From positions 167,023-231,022 of the forward strand of contig CAVOLF010000006.1 in assembly GCA_963696805.1 (NCBI GenBank): a stretch of DNA of 64,000 nt, given 5' to 3'. The notes beneath the pieces were generated by a model. The model saw only the letters and a program-made list of their open reading frames with translations. It was not told where the DNA came from and did no database searches. Shown here piece after piece: positions 56,673-64,000 of the stretch. This stretch comes from an uncultured Rikenellaceae bacterium. Its GTDB lineage: Bacteria; Bacteroidota; Bacteroidia; Bacteroidales; VadinHA17. How positions within the stretch are numbered: position 1 is the first letter of the stretch; each line of letters opens with the position of its first letter. The position numbers were made by a program, and so were the translations under genes.

Positions 56673-58177
56673 ATGGTCTCCCGACTAAAAAGACTATCCT
56701 TTTCGCTGCTGTTAATCCTTTGGGGATCGTCAGCCTATGCTCAGCCTGATTCACTGGCAATGGATTCTATACTCCAAAGGATCAGGACTATCCTTGAGGT
56801 TTACAATAAACAGGTTCTGTTCATTGACACATCAGACTATCTGACCGATGAATTTTATGCTGATGATATCAACTTACAGATAGCAGCCTCAAAAGGGGCC
56901 TGCAATGAAATATTAAGACTGTATGTGAAAGGGGCAGATGTAAATAATTTTGTCGGTAAAACAGCTACTCCTCTGCACTATGCAGTCTCCTCCGGCAGAA
57001 AGGAGGCTGTGCGAGATTCTCCTCTCTCCTTGGAGCACAGACAGATACGCATGACATGTACGGTAACACACCACTGGTATCGGCTGTAAGGGCGAATGAC
57101 CTCGAAATGGCAGAGTTGTTGATCAGGTTCGGGGCCTTGCCTGCCGGAACAGACAGGAACGGATCAACTCCGCTTCATCATGCCTCGGCACTCGGGTATT
57201 TTTATATTACCGACATGCTTCTATATTACGATGCTCAGACAGAATTAACTGATCTGGAGGGCAACACGCCACTGATGACCGGAGTGGGTTTCGGTTATTA
57301 TGATATTGCCGATATTCTGCTGCAATCCGGGGCAGACCCCAACGCCCCGGACAAAAGGGGGTTCACTCCGCTGATGACAGCCGCCCTTAATGGCGATACA
57401 GTGATGATGAGACTTCTCCTCAATGCCGGAGCCAACCTGTATGCGATAAACAATGAGGGCATTGACGCTCTTGGATTCGCCGTTTTATACGGACATAAAG
57501 AGGCGGCTGAATTCCTTCTTGATTCCGGCAACAGGTGGAGTTACAACGGCAGGGAGAACAGTGACCCGGTCAACCTTGCACGCAATTATGGCCGCGACGA
57601 ATTATTGCGGATGATGATCGAAAGGGGAATGGAGGGCAAAAAGGAATTTGCCCTTGAGGAATTTTCCGTTTCAGCCGGGGGGATGTTCACCAATCATTAC
57701 CCGATGGCCTTCGCATCAATTTCCCTGACCGAACCGGGATTGAAAGCAGGGATTACCGTCGGCGCTGCTTTTAACCCCTCAAGCCAGAGAATGCTGACAG
57801 AGGGTGGTGATGACATAATTTACCAGTACAAAGTCAAATCATCCGTTATCTATGCCGGAGTATTCAGGAAGTTCCTCCTAAACAACCCGGGAAGGGGATA
57901 TACATGGAACCTCGTCCCCTCATTAATGGCAGGCTACCGCTTCTACTCACTCTATGAGGGTACGAAAACCAAGCCTGATGATAAATTCTGCATAATGCCT
58001 GCTGCGGAGATCATGTGGAGCATGCGGCGCTTCACTCTCGGATCGGGTGTGGCATACCTGGGTTCTCCCTTCTATAAGGTGTCGCCTCTGTGGATCACCC
58101 TGAAGGCTTCATACACCCTTACACGCGATACAAAGAGCATCACAGGGAAAAGGATCAGATTATACAACTATGAGTAA
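56673..58177 (+). pseudogene. secreted ankyrin-repeat protein with beta-strand-rich C-terminal domain, interrupted by two 1-nt insertions
   Basis: Skipping C at 57012 and C at 57028 restores a perfect ANK junction (...TPLHYAVSSGRKEAV-EILLS-LGAQTDTHDMYGNTPL...). Signal peptide ends ...SSAYA-Q. At least 5 ANK repeats, then about 170 aa of alternating beta pattern. Confidence 0.7.
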
Positions 58178-58589
58178 AACCGGAATTGCAGTGGTGGTTT
58201 TATTGACACTCCTCTTCTCATGTGAGGAGAGTCTTGTTAGTGATTGCAGTGAGTGTTATCCCGGGGGTATCCCCCAGGCGCAACTGAAGATCCTCTTCAG
58301 GAACCCCGATTTTATCCCAATCAACCCTGTGGTGACGCTTTATGAAGGGCCTGTTGAGGACAGTGTAATCATACGTAAGTATATTATTGAAATGGCTGTC
58401 TCATATATTACGGTTGATGCAATTCTCTACAAGGATTATTCGGCAACTCTCGAATTTTCCATTGACGGCCGCAAGTATATCACTACTGCCGGGGTATGTC
58501 CAAAGGCAGGATTTGATAAAAATTCTTGTGAAGAACCCTGTTATTTTATTTACGATAATGTCCTCGATCTGAGGCTCAGGTATCATTGA
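58170..58589 (+). CDS. hypothetical lipoprotein
   Basis: 139-aa ORF with lipobox LLFSC. The start overlaps the ankyrin gene stop (ATGAGTAA). Confidence 0.6.
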   Translation: MSKTGIAVVVLLTLLFSCEESLVSDCSECYPGGIPQAQLKILFRNPDFIPINPVVTLYEGPVEDSVIIRKYIIEMAVSYITVDAILYKDYSATLEFSIDGRKYITTAGVCPKAGFDKNSCEEPCYFIYDNVLDLRLRYH

Positions 58590-58695
58590 CTGCAGAAGGC
58601 TTTGTCAAATCCTGAGAGTCGGCGGAAGCTGGATTGATATCCCGGAGGCCAGCGGGCAGAGAAATTCATTTATCGGGTGTCAGCGGATGCCGGCT

Positions 58696-59490
58696 TCAGA
58701 TCTTGAGAGTCAGCAGGAGCTGGCGCAGCTCATTGGGAGTCGTATCCTCATGGATCTTACCCGCATCGGCTACGGAGATTCTTCCTCTCTCCTCAGAGAC
58801 AATTATCACAACAGCATCAGTATGCTCGGTAAGCCCTATGCCCGCCCTGTGTCTCATGCCGAAGCGGGCAGGCAATCCTGCCTGGTCAGTTGAAGGCAGT
58901 GGGCAGCGCGCTGCAAATATTTTTCCGTTCTGAATAAGCACCGCACCGTCATGAAGGGGTGATCCCTTATAGAATATTGTCTTCAGCAGCTCGTCGGTGA
59001 CGAGAGCGTTAATCAGCTCCCCGCCGTCAGAATAGATGTCAAGCATACTCGTTCTTCCCACTGCAATAAGAGCACCGGTGCGCGACTGTGCCATAGACTC
59101 CACGGCATGAACGATCTCTTCAACGATCTGGTTTGTTGTCTGATCAACTGCTCCTGAAGGGAAATACCTGTCGAATGAGAACCTGTTGCGGCTTATATAC
59201 CTGTTGCCTATGGCCAGAAGAAAACGGCGAATCTCCTGCTGGAAGACAATGATCAGCGCAATGACACCTACTCCTATCACCTGCCCTATAATGGCGCTTA
59301 TAAGCTCCATGTTCAGTGCCTTGACTATCAGCCAGAAGAGGTAGACGAAAAATATGCCGAGAAAAATGCTGAAGGCTGCCGTTCCCCTGATAAGACGATA
59401 TAACTGGTAGAGGATGAAGGCTACCATGAATATATCAATGATATCGAGAATGTTGAAATCGAGCATTATTCGAAGTGCGGTGAGCGACAA
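58696..59490 (-). CDS. cdaA: diadenylate cyclase CdaA (c-di-AMP synthase)
   Basis: Three N-terminal TM helices. DAC domain motifs TGALIAV, PLHDGAVLI, GMRHRAGIGLTE and VVIIVSEERGRISV. Confidence 0.9.
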   Translation of the reverse strand: MSLTALRIMLDFNILDIIDIFMVAFILYQLYRLIRGTAAFSIFLGIFFVYLFWLIVKALNMELISAIIGQVIGVGVIALIIVFQQEIRRFLLAIGNRYISRNRFSFDRYFPSGAVDQTTNQIVEEIVHAVESMAQSRTGALIAVGRTSMLDIYSDGGELINALVTDELLKTIFYKGSPLHDGAVLIQNGKIFAARCPLPSTDQAGLPARFGMRHRAGIGLTEHTDAVVIIVSEERGRISVADAGKIHEDTTPNELRQLLLTLKI

Positions 59491-59492
59491 AT

Positions 59493-60347
59493 TTAAGAAT
59501 TATGATCGAAAAGGATGCCTGCGGGGTAAATCTTTTCAAACAGGGTTATCACCTCACGTGCCTCCCTTACGTCATGTACCCTTAAGACCGAAGCTCCGTT
59601 CATAAGCGCTGCCATGTTCAGGGCAGCCGTACCCGTAAGGGCTTCGTCAGGGGTTACATTCAGGGTTCTCCAGATCATCGACTTGCGTGACAATCCTGCC
59701 ATCAGTGGCAATCCTGTAATCCTGAACTCGTAAAACCTCCTGAGCATCTCAAAGTTATGTCCGGCACTCTTGCCGAACCCGAAACCCGGATCAAGGATTA
59801 TATCTTTTACCCCCCCCTCCCGCAGCCTGGCAATCCTCTGCCCGAACCAGAACAAAATATCTTCAACCACATCATTATACTGCGGGTTATTTTGCATCGT
59901 ACGGGGTGTTCCCTGCATGTGCATCATTATGTATGGCACATTCAGCTTGATGACCAGCGGAAACATCCCCGGGTCCATCTCCCCGCCTGAGATGTCGTTT
60001 ATCATGGCTGCACCCGAGTCTGATACAGCAGCCTCAGCTACTGAAGACCGGTAGGTATCAACCGAGATGCAGGCATCCGGGTAACGTCCAAGAATAAGTC
60101 TCACGGCCCTGCAGACACGTTCCCTCTCCAACTCCTCAGAAACCTCCGGTGCACCCGGACGGGTAGAGCATCCTCCTATGTCTATAATGTCAGCACCCTC
60201 TTCAATCATCCTGCCGGCTGCCTCAATTATCTCCCCCTCTCCGGTGTAACGGCTCCCGCTGTAGAAGGAATCTTCAGTCACATTGATTATTCCCATGACC
60301 CTGGGGCTTGCAAGATCAAGTAATTTTCCGCCTGTATTTATTAACAT
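59493..60347 (-). CDS. folP: dihydropteroate synthase
   Basis: Start chosen at MLINTGGKLLDLASPRVMGIINVTEDSFYSGS (ATG at 60347). Motifs DIGGCSTRPG and GFGFGK. Confidence 0.9.
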   Translation of the reverse strand: MLINTGGKLLDLASPRVMGIINVTEDSFYSGSRYTGEGEIIEAAGRMIEEGADIIDIGGCSTRPGAPEVSEELERERVCRAVRLILGRYPDACISVDTYRSSVAEAAVSDSGAAMINDISGGEMDPGMFPLVIKLNVPYIMMHMQGTPRTMQNNPQYNDVVEDILFWFGQRIARLREGGVKDIILDPGFGFGKSAGHNFEMLRRFYEFRITGLPLMAGLSRKSMIWRTLNVTPDEALTGTAALNMAALMNGASVLRVHDVREAREVITLFEKIYPAGILFDHNS

Positions 60348-60430
60348 GAACGTTCTTATAAACTGAGATAAAGATAGTAATTGCCTGGCTTCAAGATTTG
60401 CGCACGGGCGCAAGCCTGATATCAAAATGC

Positions 60431-60438
60431 TATATTTG
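60431..60438 (+). promoter_or_regulatory. -7 promoter box TATATTTG
   Basis: Exact TAnnTTTG match 33 nt upstream of the 60471 start. Confidence 0.45.
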
Positions 60439-60470
60439 CGGGCATGACCCAATAAAAATATGTAAAAGGC

Positions 60471-60812
60471 ATGAGCGAAATCAACTGGGCACGGGAAATC
60501 TGTGTTGCCATTACCGTTTCAGACATTACAGGGAAAATTGTGTACCTGAACGATAAATCAGCTGCCACATTCTCAAAATACGGGGGAAGTGATCTTGAGG
60601 GAAAGAATCTGAAGGATTGCCACCAGGCCGCATCATGGGATAAGATCACTGAGATAATAAGAAGCGGGAAGAGCAACTGCTACACCATCGAAAAGAAGGG
60701 TATCAGGAAACTGATATTCCAGGCGCCATGGTATAATCAGGGTCAGCCTGGGGGACTGGTTGAACTCTCCATGGAAATCCCCCTCGGCATGCAACATTTC
60801 GTGCGTGATTAG
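60471..60812 (+). CDS. small PAS-like domain protein
   Basis: 113-aa ORF. ICVAITVSDITGKIVYLNDKSAATFSKYGGSDLEGKNLKDCH resembles a PAS core. Weak call. Confidence 0.5.
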   Translation: MSEINWAREICVAITVSDITGKIVYLNDKSAATFSKYGGSDLEGKNLKDCHQAASWDKITEIIRSGKSNCYTIEKKGIRKLIFQAPWYNQGQPGGLVELSMEIPLGMQHFVRD

Positions 60813-60950
60813 GCGGCAATACTCACCCGGACCGGTGAGTGTGTTGATAAAATCAGGGCGGGGGCTTACAACCTGCATATCTTAAATATTTATCTTTAAG
60901 ACCGGACCATTATTATGGTCAGCTGAACAGAAATTAAAAGCCGGAAAGGG

Positions 60951-61637
60951 ATGAAACTTATTGTGATCGAAGGTCTCGATGGGGCAGGCAAGTCAACGCA
61001 GATATCACTGCTCAAAGAGTGGTTTGCAGTAAGAAACCTGCAGTGCAGATACATTCACTTCCCGCGTACTGAGAGCCCCTGGTTCGGTGAACTGATTGCC
61101 CGCTTTCTCCGCGGGGATTTCGGTGACTTAGGCAGTGTCGATCCTTACCTTGTCGCCATGCTCTATGCCGGAGACAGGAAAGATGCCTCGACCATGATCG
61201 AAACATGGCTGGAAGAGAAATACTTTGTCATCCTTGACCGTTATACCTATTCCAACATTGCCTATCAGTGCGCAAAAATGCACTCGAGGGATGAAGATAT
61301 GAGACTGAGGGAATGGATACTGAGGCTGGAGTTCGAACATTTTGGTATTCCCAGACCCGATATAAATATTTTTCTGGATGTGCCTTTCAGATTCACGGAG
61401 GAGAAGCTGAAAAACAATCGCCACGGCGAAGACAGAAACTATCTTATGGGCAGCAGTGACATACACGAGAGCAGCCTCGACTTCCAACAGAGGGTGAGGG
61501 AAGTTTATATCGACGTTGCCGCAGGCGATGAGAGCCTGCAGGTGATAAACTGCTCTGACTCTGAAGATGAGATGTTAAAGCCAGACGATATCTTCCAACT
61601 GGTAATGGAAAGACTAAAAGAAAAAAACATTCTTTGA
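60951..61637 (+). CDS. tmk: dTMP (thymidylate) kinase
   Basis: P-loop IVIEGLDGAGKSTQ, DRY motif (LDRYTYSN) and length of 228 aa. Confidence 0.85.
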   Translation: MKLIVIEGLDGAGKSTQISLLKEWFAVRNLQCRYIHFPRTESPWFGELIARFLRGDFGDLGSVDPYLVAMLYAGDRKDASTMIETWLEEKYFVILDRYTYSNIAYQCAKMHSRDEDMRLREWILRLEFEHFGIPRPDINIFLDVPFRFTEEKLKNNRHGEDRNYLMGSSDIHESSLDFQQRVREVYIDVAAGDESLQVINCSDSEDEMLKPDDIFQLVMERLKEKNIL

Positions 61638-62878
61638 TGAAGTACTTGACTCAGATAGCGAGGATACTGGCAGGGCTGCTCTTTGTCTTCTCGGGGTTTG
61701 TAAAGGGTATTGACCCAATGGGAACTGCCTTCAAGCTCGAGGATTATTTCACTGCCTTCAACATGGAATTCCTTGATCTGCTGGCGGTGCCACTGTCGAT
61801 AACCCTGTGCCTTGTCGAATTTATTGCCGGCATGATGCTTTTGTCAGGGTCAATGGTAAGGCTTGGATCATGGATGGCCGCCCTCTTCATGGCACTTTTC
61901 ACTCCTCTTACCCTCATACTGGCAATTTTCAATCCGGTATCTGATTGTGGCTGTTTTGGCGATGCCATCTATCTGACTAACTGGCAGACCTTCTTCAAGA
62001 ACGTGGCAATCACCCTGCTGGTGGTATTTGTTTTCATCAGGAGGGATGACCGTACGGGCACCCTCTCCATGAAAGCCGGACTTAACTTCACACTCTTCTT
62101 TATCTTCATATTCCTGCTTTTCATGAGATACAACCTGGCATGCCTGCCGATGATCGACTTCAGACCATACAAGGTCGGGACGAACCTGCCGGAGGCTATG
62201 GACATACCTCATGATGCCGAGCCTGACAAGTATGACATACGGTTCATATATGAAAAGGATGGACTTCAGAAAGAGTTCACGCTGAGTGACTACCCCACCG
62301 ATGACACCACATGGAAGTTCATCGATCAGAAATCAATGCTGATCTCCAGGGGTTATGAACCTCCCATACATGACTTCACCCTCATTACCAGGGAGGGAAC
62401 AGACATGACAGAGGAGGTGACGCGCAAACAGGGTGACATTTTGCTGATGGTAGCCCGCAGGCTTGAGAAATCCGACAGGGACGGGCTGGTGAAGGGTTAC
62501 GATCTTGGCATTGCCCTCAGGGAGAGTGAAACAGAATTCTATATTGTGACTGCCACCACTCCTGAGAAGGCAGACGGACTTGTCACTGGATTTAATGCGC
62601 TTTACGCTGATGAGACTACACTCAAGACCGTGATCAGGTCAGACCCCGGATTCGTGCTGCTGCACAACGGCACCGTGGCGGCAAAATGGTCATACCATAA
62701 CCTTCCTGCAAGGGATCAATTCGCTGGCAACCTGAATGCACTTGCCCTCAGAACCCAGGCAGCCACAAGGAATCGATCGGTTGTGGTGAGCTCATTGCTG
62801 GCGCTGTTGCTGGCCGTTGCACTCACACTGCCGCTGAGACTTTCAGCAGGTAAGGCAAATCAGAAAGAACAACTTTAA
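61637..62878 (+). CDS. DoxX-family membrane protein with C-terminal soluble domain (BT_3928-like)
   Basis: The ATG at 61637 overlaps the tmk stop by 1 nt. N-terminal [23 protein letters not shown] DoxX-like TM bundle. Sits next to tpiA, as I recall for Bacteroides homologues. Confidence 0.65.
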   Translation: MKYLTQIARILAGLLFVFSGFVKGIDPMGTAFKLEDYFTAFNMEFLDLLAVPLSITLCLVEFIAGMMLLSGSMVRLGSWMAALFMALFTPLTLILAIFNPVSDCGCFGDAIYLTNWQTFFKNVAITLLVVFVFIRRDDRTGTLSMKAGLNFTLFFIFIFLLFMRYNLACLPMIDFRPYKVGTNLPEAMDIPHDAEPDKYDIRFIYEKDGLQKEFTLSDYPTDDTTWKFIDQKSMLISRGYEPPIHDFTLITREGTDMTEEVTRKQGDILLMVARRLEKSDRDGLVKGYDLGIALRESETEFYIVTATTPEKADGLVTGFNALYADETTLKTVIRSDPGFVLLHNGTVAAKWSYHNLPARDQFAGNLNALALRTQAATRNRSVVVSSLLALLLAVALTLPLRLSAGKANQKEQL

Positions 62879-62892
62879 AAATCAAAGATAAA

Positions 62893-63651
62893 ATGAGAAA
62901 AAAAATAGTTGCAGGTAACTGGAAGATGAACATGGAACTTGGTGAGGGAGTAGCTCTTGCCACAGCATTAAATAAGTACTTTCTGGCTGAGCCTCTGAAG
63001 GACAAAGAGGTTATCATATGCACACCCTTCATCCATCTGGGAATCGTCAGTTCGTTGCTGAATGCACCCGGACTTACTGCGGGGGCTCAGAACTGCAATG
63101 ACCACGCGTCGGGCGCCTACACCGGCGAGGTTTCCGCAGCGATGATCAGGAGCACCGGGGCCTCAAGCGTCATCATAGGCCACTCCGAACGCCGCACATA
63201 CTATAGTGAGGATGATACACTCCTCGCCGCCAAGACGGCGGAGGCTCTGCGCAACGGGCTGATGGCTATTTTCTGCTGCGGCGAAGTGCTTTCAGAAAGA
63301 GAAGGCGGGATCCATTTTGACGTGGTGAAAAGACAACTTGAAAAGGGGCTGTTCATCCTTCCCGAGGAAGATTTCAGGAAGTGCATCATAGCCTACGAAC
63401 CTGTATGGGCCATCGGCACCGGCGTCACTGCCTCCCCGGCACAGGCACAGGAGATGCATCACTTCATCCGTGACCTTGTAAATACACGGTATGGCATTGA
63501 TGTGGCTGAAGACACCACTATTCTCTACGGCGGCAGTTGCAAAGCCTCAAATGCTGCCGAGCTATTTGCCAATCCGGATGTTGACGGCGGCCTCATCGGC
63601 GGAGCCTCACTTGTGCAGGAAGAGTTCTGTAACATCGTTAAAGCCCTCTGA
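62893..63651 (+). CDS. tpiA: triose-phosphate isomerase
   Basis: [15 protein letters not shown] and [11 protein letters not shown] signatures. Confidence 0.95.
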   Translation: MRKKIVAGNWKMNMELGEGVALATALNKYFLAEPLKDKEVIICTPFIHLGIVSSLLNAPGLTAGAQNCNDHASGAYTGEVSAAMIRSTGASSVIIGHSERRTYYSEDDTLLAAKTAEALRNGLMAIFCCGEVLSEREGGIHFDVVKRQLEKGLFILPEEDFRKCIIAYEPVWAIGTGVTASPAQAQEMHHFIRDLVNTRYGIDVAEDTTILYGGSCKASNAAELFANPDVDGGLIGGASLVQEEFCNIVKAL

Positions 63652-63658
63652 TCAGCTG

Positions 63659-64000
63659 ATGAAGAAGATCCTCATCATTCTTCTGGTAACTGCCGCCCTG
63701 TCAATTACACTTAAAGGACAGGTCCCTGCACAGTTTTCGGGTGATACCGCAAAATTCACCTCGGAGCTGACAGCCTTCATGGGAACACTCGTCAGCAAGC
63801 CGGAAAAGACTGAGATCGATCTCTTCAACTCACTTTATGACAGTACCTGTTTTAACCCGGGGGTAAAAGACAGGATAATAAATGTGGCCAGCCAGCTGAG
63901 AGGCCGAAGACTCAGCCAGGTTCCGGGGTTCATATATTTTGCCAGGACCCTTGCCAACTTCATCACCACGGAACAGAACCAGGAGGAGATCAGTGCATGG
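63659..64000 (+). CDS. hypothetical secreted protein, 5' part (runs off the window end)
   Basis: The ATG at 63659 opens a frame with no stop to the window end (114 codons). Signal peptide MKKILIILLVTAALSITLKGQ. Not in the ORF track because no stop is present. Confidence 0.5.
   Translation, partial: MKKILIILLVTAALSITLKGQVPAQFSGDTAKFTSELTAFMGTLVSKPEKTEIDLFNSLYDSTCFNPGVKDRIINVASQLRGRRLSQVPGFIYFARTLANFITTEQNQEEISAW

Noticed and set aside
1-64000. Mobile element, prophage, genomic island or defence system somewhere in the window
   Set aside because: No integrase, transposase, recombinase, phage structural gene, restriction-modification gene, toxin-antitoxin pair, reverse transcriptase or tRNA attachment site was recognisable. 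Gene content is core envelope and metabolism.

Overview
This 64-kb chromosomal segment looks like Bacteroidota, probably Bacteroidales-like. The evidence is a T9SS C-terminal sorting domain, a CarboxypepD_reg-type TonB-dependent receptor, TAnnTTTG -7 promoter boxes, many lipoprotein and twin-arginine signals, and mid-range GC. That assignment is inference only. There are about 60 protein-coding genes, mostly housekeeping, envelope and nutrient-acquisition functions. They include nnr, a POT peptide transporter, a PstS-like/TPR/exbB-exbD-exbD-tonB operon, a propeller/Y_Y_Y/SpoIIE sensor phosphatase and a gingipain-type C25 peptidase. Also present are a Tat-dependent periplasmic sugar-oxidation cluster, DUF47-PiT, mltG, cls, ssb, iorAB, a TonB-dependent receptor, cdaA-folP, tmk and tpiA. 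I found no rRNA, tRNA, CRISPR array, transposase, integrase or phage gene. Three things are worth a second look. (1) A dispersed family of tandem word arrays (7-nt period at six loci, 6-nt at the seventh) fills seven gene-3' intergenic spacers. They share a small vocabulary that recurs in both orientations, and they resemble cyanobacterial STRR repeats. (2) Seven genes are broken by roughly 17-19 lesions, nearly all indels, while about 50 kb of other coding sequence, including ORFs of 733-1248 aa, is intact. This is either selective gene decay or locally poor assembly. (3) A Tat-exported Gfo/Idh/MocA + DUF1080 + xylose-isomerase-like TIM-barrel cluster fits an oxidative (3-keto) glycoside-cleavage pathway. 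All family names come from motif recognition by eye; no database search was possible.
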